Shown here piece by piece: positions 48,006 to 60,105 of a DNA stretch of 64,000 nt. The translations under genes were made by a program, and so were the position numbers. The stretch's first letter is position 1. Each line of letters starts with the position of its first letter. The stretch is taken from the NCBI GenBank assembly GCA_035526025.1, contig DATLDE010000004.1, forward strand, positions 13,011 through 77,010, given 5' to 3'. This stretch comes from Candidatus Limnocylindrales bacterium (GTDB lineage: Bacteria > Patescibacteriota > Microgenomatia > Levybacterales > UBA12049). The notes below the pieces were generated by a model. That model saw only the letters and a list, made by a program, of their open reading frames with translations. It ran no database searches and was not told the DNA's origin.

Positions 48006-48275
48006 TCAGGAGATATCCCGATGCGTATCGTAAATATATGCAGCGTCAGAGTTATACTTCTTAAGACTCTCTGTAACCAACTTATGAATTTTGTGGGATT
48101 CCATCTGCTTTTCCTTCTTTAAACCTTTCTCCACTTCATCACTAACCATGTGAGCAATCAATTCTGCTTCTTCATCCTTCATGCGGAGCACCAAGCACGC
48201 AGCAAAAACACTTGCATAGATTTTGCGTGCGTCAAATGGCTCTTTATGTCCTTTTCTTTTTACAATATGATCCAT
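48006..48275 (-). CDS. stand-alone ATP-cone domain protein
   Basis: IVKRKGHKEPFDARKIYASVFAA resembles the ATP-cone N-terminus (VIKRdG.xExFd..KI). Confidence 0.5.
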   Translation of the reverse strand: MDHIVKRKGHKEPFDARKIYASVFAACLVLRMKDEEAELIAHMVSDEVEKGLKKEKQMESHKIHKLVTESLKKYNSDAAYIYDTHRDIS

Positions 48276-48277
48276 AT

Positions 48278-48982
48278 TTATCCAAAATTAATTGTACCGT
48301 TAGCTATAAGAATCAACAACCATCCTAATGCAATAAGCATATACCCAATCGCAAATCTCATGTAGCCTTTGTTGTTCTGTTTCCATTTCTTAATTTTATC
48401 AACTTTCATTCCTCCTGCAACAAGTAACAATATAACCACCAGCGGCATTACAAAAATAATATTATATATAATCAAAAGCATAAATGCCGTGAAATTAAAG
48501 TTAAGAGAAAGTAGAGTAATTATCGCAAGATATGGAGCTCCGGTGCAGGGGAGCTCAACAGCTGCGATAAATGCACCTAAAATAATTACACCGGTAGTTG
48601 ATACATTTTGTGAATATTTATGAATCTTTTCAGCAAAGTAAGGTGGGATTTGCAGAGAAAATCCCTTCCCGTACCAGAAGAAGTCTTTGACCTCCAAAAG
48701 TCCGGCAAGAATTACGAAAAATCCGACTATTAAGGCCAAATACTCAGCTACAAAAAGCGGCACACTTTGGAGGAAATAAACCAATCCCAAACCTGCCAAA
48801 AGATATGTAATAAATATCGCACCAATATATAAACCACCAAGATATAAAAGCTTGCCTACGGATCCTTTTCCTCCGAGTACAACTGAGACCATTAGAATCA
48901 GAACCCCAATGGCACAAGGATTAATTGAATCAACTGCTGCTGATATTAAAACCACGGAAAGTGTTGGTATATCAATATTCAT
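48278..48982 (-). CDS. cytochrome c-type biogenesis protein CcdA/DsbD-like thiol-disulfide transporter
   Basis: Two conserved Cys in TM helices: DSINPCAIGVL and ELPCTGAPYL. Confidence 0.7.
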   Translation of the reverse strand: MNIDIPTLSVVLISAAVDSINPCAIGVLILMVSVVLGGKGSVGKLLYLGGLYIGAIFITYLLAGLGLVYFLQSVPLFVAEYLALIVGFFVILAGLLEVKDFFWYGKGFSLQIPPYFAEKIHKYSQNVSTTGVIILGAFIAAVELPCTGAPYLAIITLLSLNFNFTAFMLLIIYNIIFVMPLVVILLLVAGGMKVDKIKKWKQNNKGYMRFAIGYMLIALGWLLILIANGTINFG

Positions 48983-48983
48983 A

Positions 48984-49730
48984 TTATTTCTTATCTCCTT
49001 TCAGTTTTCCAATTTTTTCAGCTACCTTGTAGCTTCTGCACATTTTATCAGTTCTGTCTTTTGGTGTATCAAATTCAATTATCACACAATCCCCTGATGG
49101 CACATTTGACTCCGGTGAAATAATATAGTTTTGAGGATTGGATAGTTTCTTTTGAGAATAGTAATTCTCCTTATCTGTAGTAAATACAAATACCTGAACC
49201 TCACCTGCGCCTGATTCCAGACACCCATCCCCGTTTTTCGCCATTAGAAATCCTTCATTAACAGGAATTGTAAAGGAATTAGGAGACAATTCTCCTCCTA
49301 TTACATTGAAGAAATTACCAAGGCTCGCGTCCGATCTATTCATGACTACTCCCTCCAGATGAATCCTTTTGTCACTGTGTTCATGGAATGTTGAGGTGCC
49401 TATTTTGTTACTCAATCCCTTCGGATCCCGGATATTTACCTCCTTACCGCATTTGTAAATTTCAAAATCAGTGTGCCAATGAACTGGTCCGCTACTTGAT
49501 GAAGTCACATTTATGTAAACTGTTGACCCAGCCATCACCAATGTGGGAATTAAAGTGACCATTACTATGGTTATAAAAATCAACTTCTTATTTTCATCAA
49601 TTATCTTTGTTGCTCTTAGTGAATATGCAGCAAGCAGCGCAAGCGAAACTGTACCAAAAACCAGAAGATAAAGAGAGTAAGTATTGAGCAGGTTTTCTAT
49701 ATTCATTGACTTTAGTCCTATTATTAACAA
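48984..49730 (-). CDS. hypothetical membrane-anchored extracytoplasmic protein
   Basis: ORF with N-terminal TM; His-rich stretch VHWHTDFEIYKCGKE...FHEHSDKRIH. Confidence 0.3.
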   Translation of the reverse strand: MLIIGLKSMNIENLLNTYSLYLLVFGTVSLALLAAYSLRATKIIDENKKLIFITIVMVTLIPTLVMAGSTVYINVTSSSSGPVHWHTDFEIYKCGKEVNIRDPKGLSNKIGTSTFHEHSDKRIHLEGVVMNRSDASLGNFFNVIGGELSPNSFTIPVNEGFLMAKNGDGCLESGAGEVQVFVFTTDKENYYSQKKLSNPQNYIISPESNVPSGDCVIIEFDTPKDRTDKMCRSYKVAEKIGKLKGDKK

Positions 49731-49747
49731 TAACTCATGTTGTTGTG

Positions 49748-52462
49748 TTATTCAATAGCAAGAGTATTTTCTCTGAGTGCTGGAATCTTATTTAAGAGTG
49801 ATTGGATAAATTTGAAAACTATCCACAACAACCCACTAACTGCAAATATATACACCCAATCAAGCCAGTCTGTCCCTTTGATTTCAAAAAGTTTTGCCAG
49901 AAATGGAGTATAAGCAATTAGAAGCTGAAGAGATAAGGTTACAACAATTGAAAAGAGTAACCACTTGTTGGAAAAGAAAGAGGTTTTGTAATCAGATCTG
50001 ATTAAATATAAACCAACTAATTCAAAAACTACTATTGCATTAAATGCTGCGCCTTGTGCGTCAGCAAGCCCTCTGGGTAGATCAATCACATAAATACCAA
50101 GAACTCCAATGGTTAACAATATACCAAAAACTATCATTTCAGCCCACAACTTCTTGCTAATTATCTGACTTTGGAAAACCTTGGGACTATAACGCATAAT
50201 CCCTTTCTCGGCCGGATCAAGGCCCAGAGCGACTGCTGGTATACCATCGGTTACGACGTTTATCCATAGAAGCTGGATTGCAGTTAAAGGTAATTTCTGA
50301 AAAAGCATCACTCCCGTAAATACAACTAACACTTCCCCAATATTGCACGAAAGAAGATAATCAACAAACTTACGGATATTGTGAAAAATACCACGCCCTT
50401 CCTCAATAGATGAAATTATTGTTGAAAATTTATCATCAAGAAGTACCATGTCTGATGATTCTTTAGCAACATCTGTTCCGGTTATTCCCATGGCTATTCC
50501 TATATCTGAAGCTTTCAGAGCTGGAGCATCATTCACTCCGTCTCCTGTCATTGCGACAATATGACCCTTTTTCTTAAGAGCATTAACGATACGCATCTTA
50601 ACGCCTGGATTTACTCTGGCGTAGATACTAACCTTTTCGACTATCTCGCTGAACTTCTCATCAGTCATTTTTTCCAAATCTTCTCCGGTCAAGACTTCCC
50701 CAACAATACCAATTTCGCGCGCAACTGCTTGAGCGGTTGCTCCATGATCACCTGTGATCATTATCACCCTGATTCCTGACTGCAAACAGCTTTGAATAAG
50801 TGGCTTCACTTCAATTCTTGGAGGATCTATCATTGCCTGAATACCCAAAAATGTTAGTCCCTGCTCAAGTTTTTTTGCGTCTTGAACCTGCACGTCGTAC
50901 TCTTTCTTTGTTAAGATTTTGTACGCAAGGCCCAAATTGCGTAGTGCCAGGTTTGAAAAATCTAGATTTGTTTTAACAACTTCTTCCTGATCCGATTTGG
51001 TCATATTTGCTTCTTTTCCTTTTTTGAAGATCTTTTCGCATTTAGTAAGCAATATTTCCGGGGCGCCTTTGGTAAAAACCAAATATTTATCTCCTTCTTT
51101 TACAACAACGCTCATCATTTTACGTTCTGAGCTGAACGGTACCTCCATCAACCTTTCCGGCTTTTGCGTAATCCCAGCTTTTGCGGCACTCACCAGCAGT
51201 GAAGCCTCAGTTGGATCTCCCAATACCTGATCTTTATTGCTGATTGAAGCATTATTGCAAAGAAGTCCTGCCTTAAGAAGTAAAGATAATTTAGCACTAT
51301 CAACTTTTTTACCATCTTTGGTAAATTTCCCAACCCGTTCATAACCAATTCCTGAAATATCAATTATTTCTCCGTCAAAATATATCTTTCGAATAGTCAT
51401 TTCTCCTTTCGTCAGGGTACCAGTTTTGTCAGAACAAATAATATCAGTTGAGCCAAGCGTTTCAACAGAGTTAAGCTTTCTAACAAGTGCATTTTTACGA
51501 AGCATTCTTTGAGTACCAAGAGCTAGAGAAATTGTAACAACAGCGGGTAATCCCTCAGGAATTGCCGCAACAGCCAACGCAACTGCTGCGATGAATGAAT
51601 GGATAATTTTGTTAAGAGGAGTCAGGCCTTGAAAATCACGGGCAAAAAAATAGATAAAAATAAAAACAATCACACAAATTCCCAAAATTACATATCCAAT
51701 CACCTTGCCAATTTCATCAAGCCTTTTTTGAATAGGTGTTTCTTCATCTTCAACGAGAGATACATCCCTCGCGATTTTTCCGATTTCTGTTCCATCTCCA
51801 GTTTTGACAACCACTCCAACCGCGCGCCCGGAAGAAATTGCAGTTCCTGCAAAAATCATATTTTTTTGATCATTAATTTGAAGATTTCCTGTTAAAACAC
51901 CTGTTATTTTCGAAACAGGCACCGACTCACCCGTTAATGAGGCTTCATTTACGCTCAGGCTAAATACCTCAAGCAGGCGAATATCCGCCGGAGTCTTGAC
52001 GCCTTCCTCCAGAATAACAATATCCCCAGGCACTAGATCTGCAACATCAATCTCTTTTTCAATTCCACCCCTTCTAACCTTAGCCTTGAACGCAAGTAGC
52101 TTTTTCAGTGATTCAATTGCTTTTTCAGCCTTGAATTCCTGGACAAAGCCAAGTATTGAAATCATCAGAACAATTCCGAGTATTAATCCGGCTTCAACCA
52201 AATCAGAACTATCATGTTCTCCAAAAAAGTATATAAATAGTATCAGGAAAGCTGATCCGATCAGAATAAGAGTCAGCGTGTTCTTGAATTGCCCAAGATA
52301 CATTGACAAGGCTGAAATTCTTTTTTTTGCAGTGAGCTTATTGGGGCCAAATTTTCCTAAAGCACTTGAAGCCTGGCTTTCAGATAATCCTTTATCACTT
52401 GTCTGAAAAAGATCAAAAACTTTTTCTTTGGTCAATGAATAAATTTGGGCAGTATCAGGCAT
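49748..52462 (-). CDS. P2-type cation-transporting ATPase (Ca2+/Mg2+-ATPase-like)
   Basis: 904 aa; DKTGTLT phosphorylation site, TGDHGATA, TGDGVNDAPALK, 10 TM architecture. Confidence 0.85.
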   Translation of the reverse strand: MPDTAQIYSLTKEKVFDLFQTSDKGLSESQASSALGKFGPNKLTAKKRISALSMYLGQFKNTLTLILIGSAFLILFIYFFGEHDSSDLVEAGLILGIVLMISILGFVQEFKAEKAIESLKKLLAFKAKVRRGGIEKEIDVADLVPGDIVILEEGVKTPADIRLLEVFSLSVNEASLTGESVPVSKITGVLTGNLQINDQKNMIFAGTAISSGRAVGVVVKTGDGTEIGKIARDVSLVEDEETPIQKRLDEIGKVIGYVILGICVIVFIFIYFFARDFQGLTPLNKIIHSFIAAVALAVAAIPEGLPAVVTISLALGTQRMLRKNALVRKLNSVETLGSTDIICSDKTGTLTKGEMTIRKIYFDGEIIDISGIGYERVGKFTKDGKKVDSAKLSLLLKAGLLCNNASISNKDQVLGDPTEASLLVSAAKAGITQKPERLMEVPFSSERKMMSVVVKEGDKYLVFTKGAPEILLTKCEKIFKKGKEANMTKSDQEEVVKTNLDFSNLALRNLGLAYKILTKKEYDVQVQDAKKLEQGLTFLGIQAMIDPPRIEVKPLIQSCLQSGIRVIMITGDHGATAQAVAREIGIVGEVLTGEDLEKMTDEKFSEIVEKVSIYARVNPGVKMRIVNALKKKGHIVAMTGDGVNDAPALKASDIGIAMGITGTDVAKESSDMVLLDDKFSTIISSIEEGRGIFHNIRKFVDYLLSCNIGEVLVVFTGVMLFQKLPLTAIQLLWINVVTDGIPAVALGLDPAEKGIMRYSPKVFQSQIISKKLWAEMIVFGILLTIGVLGIYVIDLPRGLADAQGAAFNAIVVFELVGLYLIRSDYKTSFFSNKWLLFSIVVTLSLQLLIAYTPFLAKLFEIKGTDWLDWVYIFAVSGLLWIVFKFIQSLLNKIPALRENTLAIE

Positions 52463-52527
52463 AATCTAATCATACTCAAAGTTGATTACGGTTGACAAGA
52501 TATCAGGTTGTGTTATAGATTATATAT

Positions 52528-52710
52528 ATGGGTATATTTGGAATGGGTCCTCAAACAGACGAATCAGGTCACAAATGCGAACATTGCGGTAAAACAATAA
52601 AACCAGGCGAACACTTCACAAAAGAAGGAAAAAAATATTGTTGTGAAAAATGTTGTGGAAGCGTTGATAAATCCGCTAAAAAAGCTGCCAAATCCTGCGA
52701 ATTCTGCTAA
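52528..52710 (+). CDS. 60-aa Cys-rich (8 Cys, 3 His) metallothionein-like or zinc-ribbon small protein
   Basis: MGIFGMGPQTDESGHKCEHCGKTIKPGEHFTKEGKKYCCEKCCGSVDKSAKKAAKSCEFC. Confidence 0.35.
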   Translation: MGIFGMGPQTDESGHKCEHCGKTIKPGEHFTKEGKKYCCEKCCGSVDKSAKKAAKSCEFC

Positions 52711-52766
52711 TAAAACTTCGAAACAATTTCCCTAAATCCTAGATCATTGATGATACAATCAAAGTA

Positions 52767-53333
52767 ATGAAGGAGATATTCTTATATTCAAGCAGCATAT
52801 TTTTTGCACTTGCATATATATCATATATCATCTCTATATTAAGGGGACGTACCAAGCCACACCGTACAACAAGATTTGTTGTTTTAGTTGTTGCTAACAT
52901 TACCACCTTATCACTAATTGCACAGGATAGCTCTGTCGCTATTTGGATTGCCTCTATTGCTACTATATTTTCATGGATTGTCTTTCTTCTTTCGTTAAAA
53001 TATGGCATAGGAGGATGGTCAAAAACTGATATTGCCTGCCTAATAATTGCTCTTTTGGGAATTTACGTCTGGAAGATTACCAATAATCCTCAGTTAGCAT
53101 TTTTTGCTTCCATTATTGCTGACTTTATCGGTATGCTACCTGCATTTATAAGAACTTACCGTCATCCTCGCACAGAAGGTATTGGCTTCTACGCTATTGA
53201 CGCAGTTGGTGCAGGATTAAATTTACTTGCAATAAGCGCATGGTTGCCTCAGGAATATATATATCCTCTCTATTATCTATTTTTGGATGCCTGCATGCTT
53301 ACACTAATTTTTAGGCAAAAAATTAAAATATAA
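52767..53333 (+). CDS. hypothetical polytopic membrane protein
   Basis: ORF with about 6 TM helices. Confidence 0.3.
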   Translation: MKEIFLYSSSIFFALAYISYIISILRGRTKPHRTTRFVVLVVANITTLSLIAQDSSVAIWIASIATIFSWIVFLLSLKYGIGGWSKTDIACLIIALLGIYVWKITNNPQLAFFASIIADFIGMLPAFIRTYRHPRTEGIGFYAIDAVGAGLNLLAISAWLPQEYIYPLYYLFLDACMLTLIFRQKIKI

Positions 53334-53880
53334 TCACCGTTGCGATTGCGAAGTAAATAAGAAGACTTAGAAAATCCTGAACTACTGTTGTAAAAGGACC
53401 TGCACCAACTGCTGGATCTTTATGTTCTTTTCTAAGGACCGCTGGCACGACAAGGGCAATAATTGGCGCGATACTCATCGTTGCAGCCATTGCAAATCCC
53501 ACGCTTACCCCAATCTCAACTGACTTAAAAGCAAAAAAAGCAAAAAGAGCAGCCAAAACCCCAAATAATCCACCCATCGCTATTCCCAGAATAAACTCTT
53601 TGAAGAGGTAGTCTAGGAAGTGAGTCCCTTTTTTACCAATATTGCGCACATATACGGTTTGGGTTTGGGTACCCACCGCATCCGCCATATACACAATTAT
53701 CGGAATGAAATAAGTTAAGCCGATATTTCGTGAAAGAAGATGCTCAAACTTAGATGAAACCAGAGTCAACGCGATTCCACCAACAAGCCCAATGACTAGC
53801 CAGGGAAGTCGATGCTCAATCATCAGAGAAACTTTTTCTTTTTCATCATCCTCAAGAATTGGTTCTTTTGAATCTACCAT
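53323..53880 (-). CDS. MgtE-type Mg2+ transporter, transmembrane domain only
   Basis: MADAVGTQTQTVYVRNI, PFTTVVQDFLSLLIYFAIA (MgtE TM signatures). 185 aa, lacking the N-terminal CBS/MgtE_N domains. Confidence 0.6.
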   Translation of the reverse strand: MVDSKEPILEDDEKEKVSLMIEHRLPWLVIGLVGGIALTLVSSKFEHLLSRNIGLTYFIPIIVYMADAVGTQTQTVYVRNIGKKGTHFLDYLFKEFILGIAMGGLFGVLAALFAFFAFKSVEIGVSVGFAMAATMSIAPIIALVVPAVLRKEHKDPAVGAGPFTTVVQDFLSLLIYFAIATVIIF

Positions 53881-53959
53881 TTAATTATTTCTACCACATC
53901 TTCACATCTATCAGCAAGCAATATCTGTAGAGTATGTATATATAATAGTATACTGGTAA

Positions 53960-54811
53960 TTGTTCAGGAATTTTATTATAGTTAGAAAGATGTTGACTGT
54001 CCCAAAAAATAACATTCTACGCATATCAATGCTGGCATTTTGTTTTGGTATTTTTTGTGCGTCAGCAAAAGTCTCATTTGCCCAATCTTCCAAAGGGCCT
54101 TCCAATTCAGGAGCCGGAACTTTGGGAGTAGCCAGAATTATTGATATTAAAGAAAAAAATGTAAAAGACGGAAGCATCATATCAGTGTCTGAAGAAGGCT
54201 CCATACTTTCAAATGTTGCTTATGATGCACAAGTTCAGGGGGTAGTTGCAAGAGACGCCGGAATCTTGCTAAGTGATGACGGTAGTGAAAATGGAGTTCC
54301 GATAATTTCAGTTGGCAAAGTTTATCTGCTAGTCTCAACAATTGCAGGGCCAATTAAAAAAGGCGATCAGCTTGCAACCACGTCTTTGATTCCAGGAGTT
54401 GGTGTCAAAGCTGTTAAATCAGGTTATGTTCTGGGTCTTGCTCTTGAAGATTTTGCAAGTCCAAATCCAAAAGAAATAGGAAAAATTGCAGTTGATCTAG
54501 ACCTTCATTATTTTAATGCCAAACCAACATTTCCAGGTTCCCTCTCTGACATTTTCAAACTTGTTCTTTTACCAACCAAAGAAGGCCCGACTGCATTATA
54601 CAAATACATTGTCGCGGCAATTGTCGCGATTGGGTCTTTTGTATTGGGCTTTTTGACATTTGGACGTACAGCTGCAAAAGGCGTTGAGGCCTTAGGTAGA
54701 AATCCATCAGCCGGACGCATAATTCATCTTGGGATACTTTTTAATGTTATGATTGTTATCGTAATTGCACTTGCGGGCCTGGTTGTTGCATTCATGATAT
54801 TAAGACTATGA
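53960..54811 (+). CDS. secreted-domain protein with C-terminal ATP synthase c-subunit-like hairpin
   Basis: C-terminal FGRTAAKGVEALGRNPSAGRIIHLGILFNVMIVIVIALAGLVVAFMIL aligns to the AtpE loop region GQGxAAGKAVEAVARQPEA. A second Met at 53990 begins a signal-peptide-like MLTVPKNNILRISMLAFCFGIFCASAKVSFA. First gene of the ATP synthase operon. Confidence 0.45.
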   Translation: MFRNFIIVRKMLTVPKNNILRISMLAFCFGIFCASAKVSFAQSSKGPSNSGAGTLGVARIIDIKEKNVKDGSIISVSEEGSILSNVAYDAQVQGVVARDAGILLSDDGSENGVPIISVGKVYLLVSTIAGPIKKGDQLATTSLIPGVGVKAVKSGYVLGLALEDFASPNPKEIGKIAVDLDLHYFNAKPTFPGSLSDIFKLVLLPTKEGPTALYKYIVAAIVAIGSFVLGFLTFGRTAAKGVEALGRNPSAGRIIHLGILFNVMIVIVIALAGLVVAFMILRL

Positions 54812-54887
54812 TACTCTGCTTCTTACTATCAAATCAGTTATAAAAAGGGTACAATTAAGTTAACTACTAAAACAAATTTATAAGTTC

Positions 54888-55577
54888 ATGGACACTCTGC
54901 CTTTTCAATTTATTACTCTTTTTGCAAATTCTGCAATCCTGATTTTCGTCTTTTATTACTTTTTCAAATTAAATGCAAAAGAAAAAGAACTTGAAAAAAA
55001 AGAAGGAAAAGTAGATGCTGACTACCACCACATTGTTGATGAAGCACTTGCAAAAGAGAGAAAAATCATTGATGATGCAACTACAGAAGCGGAAAAAATA
55101 ATTACAGATACTGATTATGCATCCACAACTGACAAAGACCAGCTAAATCTTGCCCTAAACAAAATTGTTGAAGATATTAAAAAAGAAACAGCTCAGACAG
55201 GGCATGACCTGATTGATCATTATGCATCAACTCTAAAAGTAATATCTCTTCACTCACAAGAAAATTTCCAAGACGTATCCAAAGAATTTGAAGATAGTCT
55301 CAAAAAACAAATTAGAGACTTTCAAGATGTTGCAAAAACGCTTGAAACAGATCTGCAAAAACAAATCAAAGATTTTCATCAGTCTTTACTTCCAAATCTA
55401 CAAAAAGAGCTTGAAGAATACAAAACTGAACGAATCAAGCAAACTGAAGAGCTGGTAAATACCATAACGCAAAAGGCGGCTGAAGAAATATTTAACAAAT
55501 CAATTTCAATTGACGATCACCAAAAGCTAATAATTGAATCTCTGGAAAAAGCCAAAAAGGAAGGGGTGTTTAGTTAA
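54888..55577 (+). CDS. atpF: ATP synthase b-subunit-like protein (N-terminal TM plus long coiled coil)
   Basis: Single TM then about 190 aa of heptad-repeat helix; operon position. Confidence 0.5.
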   Translation: MDTLPFQFITLFANSAILIFVFYYFFKLNAKEKELEKKEGKVDADYHHIVDEALAKERKIIDDATTEAEKIITDTDYASTTDKDQLNLALNKIVEDIKKETAQTGHDLIDHYASTLKVISLHSQENFQDVSKEFEDSLKKQIRDFQDVAKTLETDLQKQIKDFHQSLLPNLQKELEEYKTERIKQTEELVNTITQKAAEEIFNKSISIDDHQKLIIESLEKAKKEGVFS

Positions 55578-56132
55578 ATGGAGGGATTGGATCTAACAGA
55601 TTTTTTCCAAACTAAAGAAGGCTCTTTGGATTTTTCAAATCGTCTTGCAACTCTTTCTGAAGAAATATACAAATCTGATTTTAACTTAGAAAAATCTTTG
55701 ACAAACCATTTTGGAATTCAAAAAAAAGATAAATTTATTAGCATACTCAGGACTCACTCTGTAAATACCGAATCGACTTCAGATCTCAAAAAATTTTTAA
55801 CTTTTGCTCAAGAAGAAATAAAAGTTTTTCCAGTTCTTTCCATAAAATTGGCCTTTGATCCAAACGAAAAGATACTCAAAGCGATATCTGAATGGTTTAT
55901 ATTAAACATTAAAAAGCAAGTTCTTCTTGAAATTATTGTTGACCCAAAATTAGTTGCAGGTTGCGATATTAGCTATAAGGGTGAATTTAAGAGCATGTCT
56001 GTTAAGCCCAAGCTTGATCAAATCATAAAAGACGTATTGGCAAATTCTAAAAATAGTACCCCCGCAACTGGTAAAAATAACACATCACCTGGGACTAATC
56101 AAAACTTGGATAATTTCTCCATTGGTAGATAA
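55578..56132 (+). CDS. atpH: ATP synthase delta (OSCP) subunit
   Basis: C-terminal LLEIIVDPKLVAGCDISYKGEFKSMSVKPKLDQI matches the delta motif vDPsLIGG..i..Gd.v.DgS....L; operon position. Confidence 0.55.
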   Translation: MEGLDLTDFFQTKEGSLDFSNRLATLSEEIYKSDFNLEKSLTNHFGIQKKDKFISILRTHSVNTESTSDLKKFLTFAQEEIKVFPVLSIKLAFDPNEKILKAISEWFILNIKKQVLLEIIVDPKLVAGCDISYKGEFKSMSVKPKLDQIIKDVLANSKNSTPATGKNNTSPGTNQNLDNFSIGR

Positions 56133-56141
56133 TACTTTATT

Positions 56142-57605
56142 ATGGATAATCAGTTTAATCATTTTTTAGAAAAAACAGGTGAATACGGAATTGTTTACCA
56201 GGTCAGTCATCCGATTGTTTTTATAGAGGGACTACCAAGTGTCAAAACGCAGGAAGTTATTTTATTTGAATCAGGAGAAAAAGCCGAAGTTTTTGCTATA
56301 ACAAGAGGCAAAATAGAGGCAAGAGTCTTTTCGCACAAACCTATACTTGTCGGAACCAAAGCCACAAGAACTGATCAACTACTCTCACTCCCCGTTGGAC
56401 CTGAGCTTTTAGGACAAACTATAAATCCTCTGGGAGAACCATTGGACCCTAGCGTAAAATTCACCAAATCCAAGGAATTACGTCCACTTGATGCCAAGCC
56501 AATTGGCATTTCAGGAAGACAAAAAATCACAACTCATCTTGCAACAGGAGTTTCACTAATTGATCTTCTTGTTCCACTTGGGAGAGGGCAACGAGAATTA
56601 ATAATAGGGGATAGAAAAACTGGAAAAACCGCCATCTTAATGACGATATTGAAAAACCAGGTCATTGAGGGAAGCATCGCAATTTATGCAGCAGTTGCAA
56701 AAAGAAAAAGTGACATTAAGAAATTGCAGGAATTTTTTATAGGTGAAAAAATTGCAGAAAAAGTAATAATTGTTGCATCAAGCTCTTATGACTCACCAAG
56801 TCTGATTTACCAAACCCCTTATGCTGCGATGGCAATAGCTGAATATTTCAGAGACCAAGGGAAGCACACCTTATTAATACTTGATGACTTATCAACTCAT
56901 GCAAAATTTTATCGAGAACTGTCTCTTCTGGCAAGAAGATTTCCCGGACGCGATTCATACCCGGGAGACATTTTTTATATACATTCCAAACTTCTTGAAA
57001 GGGCTGGTAACTTCAAACATCCAACAGTTGGTGAAGTGTCAATCACGTGTCTTCCTGTTATAGAAATAGTTGAAGGAGATTTTACCGGCTATGTTTCAAC
57101 AAACGTAATGGGTATAACAGATGGACACATTTATCTTGATAGCAATATCTACTATCAGGGGATGCGTCCTGCAGTAAATATTCCGCTTTCAGTTACTCGT
57201 GTCGGTAGACAAACACTAACCAAACTCTCACGTGAGGTCAATAAAACCCTAACTGCTTTTTTGTCTCAGTATGATAAATTATTGAATTTGTCTCATTTCG
57301 GCCAAGAACTCACAGATGATGTCAAAAAAAGCCTGAGACTTGGAGACATGGTTTATAAGTTTTTTAATCAGCCTTACCAGCTTACAGTTCCAGTACCAGT
57401 CCAGCTGATAATTCTGTCAATGATATTGCAAGATTTCATTGAAAATAAGGAGGTACTTGATAAGGTTAAAAAGGGATTAATAAAATCTTACATTGACAGT
57501 GAACAACAAAAACTGTTACTAGATATTACAAAAACTGATGATTTGAATACTTTTAATGATAATGTTATAAAGAATAAAGATGCATTAATGGCCTTAAGTC
57601 AGTAA
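56142..57605 (+). CDS. atpA: F1 ATP synthase alpha subunit
   Basis: Walker A GDRKTGKTAI, conserved PGREAYPGDIFY-like PGRDSYPGDIFYIHSKLLERA. Confidence 0.9.
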   Translation: MDNQFNHFLEKTGEYGIVYQVSHPIVFIEGLPSVKTQEVILFESGEKAEVFAITRGKIEARVFSHKPILVGTKATRTDQLLSLPVGPELLGQTINPLGEPLDPSVKFTKSKELRPLDAKPIGISGRQKITTHLATGVSLIDLLVPLGRGQRELIIGDRKTGKTAILMTILKNQVIEGSIAIYAAVAKRKSDIKKLQEFFIGEKIAEKVIIVASSSYDSPSLIYQTPYAAMAIAEYFRDQGKHTLLILDDLSTHAKFYRELSLLARRFPGRDSYPGDIFYIHSKLLERAGNFKHPTVGEVSITCLPVIEIVEGDFTGYVSTNVMGITDGHIYLDSNIYYQGMRPAVNIPLSVTRVGRQTLTKLSREVNKTLTAFLSQYDKLLNLSHFGQELTDDVKKSLRLGDMVYKFFNQPYQLTVPVPVQLIILSMILQDFIENKEVLDKVKKGLIKSYIDSEQQKLLLDITKTDDLNTFNDNVIKNKDALMALSQ

Positions 57606-57612
57606 ATATTTT

Positions 57613-58506
57613 ATGGCACAAAAAAATACAATTATTGAAGAACTCGCAGCTCTAAATAGTATCAAGGACTTGGCCGAAAGCTATGAAGAAATTGCTGTTA
57701 CAAAAATGCAAAAAATAAGAGATAAGGTTCTTAAAACTCGTGATTTTTTAACAGGGTTATCTGATGTATTTGTGGATTTAAAATCCTCACACGAATATGA
57801 AATTAAAGAATTAATGGCAAAAAGAAAAAAAGGGGATAAGTCCATTTCTCCTCTTTTACAATCAAATGGTAAAACACTTTTGGTTTATTTATCTTCTAAC
57901 GGAAGACTCTATGGATCTGTCACCCAAAAAACATTTAAATTACTACTTCAGGATTTAAGAAATCCCAAAGAGGGAGAGATTACAGATTTGGTAATCATTG
58001 GTAAAGCAGGAAAAGAAATGTATGAGGGAGCAAGTGTTAGTAAGCCATTTGAGTATTTTGATATTCCCGACGCAAGCGTAGGTGTTGAGCACATAAAACA
58101 GGTCATGGAAAAATTTTTGCAGTATGACAGCGTACACGTTTATTATGGAAAATTTGGCAATGTTGTAAATCAGGATCCGATTTCAACAAGTATCAGCGGA
58201 GAGGATATATTTGAGGCAGAAGTTAAAAGCGCCGTAAAACGCGAAGATAAATTTATTTTTGAGCCAATCCTGGAAAAGATATTTCATTTTTTTGAAACAG
58301 AAATCATGGCCAATCTTTTTAGCCAAACACTTCTTGAAAATCAATTGGCTCGTCATGCATCCCGTGTAAACGCAATGGAGGAAGCATTGGTTCATATAGA
58401 AGATGAGACCAAAAAATTACTCCGGCAAAAAACTCGCATTAAGCATCTTATGCAAAATAAAAAGCAACTAGAAACAATGTCCGGACTGATTTTATGGGAA
58501 GGATAA
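57613..58506 (+). CDS. atpG: F1 ATP synthase gamma subunit
   Basis: C-terminal helix ...QLARHASRVNAMEEA... is gamma-like; length and operon position fit. Confidence 0.75.
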   Translation: MAQKNTIIEELAALNSIKDLAESYEEIAVTKMQKIRDKVLKTRDFLTGLSDVFVDLKSSHEYEIKELMAKRKKGDKSISPLLQSNGKTLLVYLSSNGRLYGSVTQKTFKLLLQDLRNPKEGEITDLVIIGKAGKEMYEGASVSKPFEYFDIPDASVGVEHIKQVMEKFLQYDSVHVYYGKFGNVVNQDPISTSISGEDIFEAEVKSAVKREDKFIFEPILEKIFHFFETEIMANLFSQTLLENQLARHASRVNAMEEALVHIEDETKKLLRQKTRIKHLMQNKKQLETMSGLILWEG

Positions 58507-58598
58507 TTTATTGATTTTATATTTAAACAGAACAAAAATAAAAATACATCTTTCATCCCCAATAAAAAGTTGGACACTTTGAAATTAATAATTAATAA

Positions 58599-60077
<1,479 letters not shown>

Positions 60078-60105
60078 AATATCAATACAAATATCTATTT
60101 AATCT

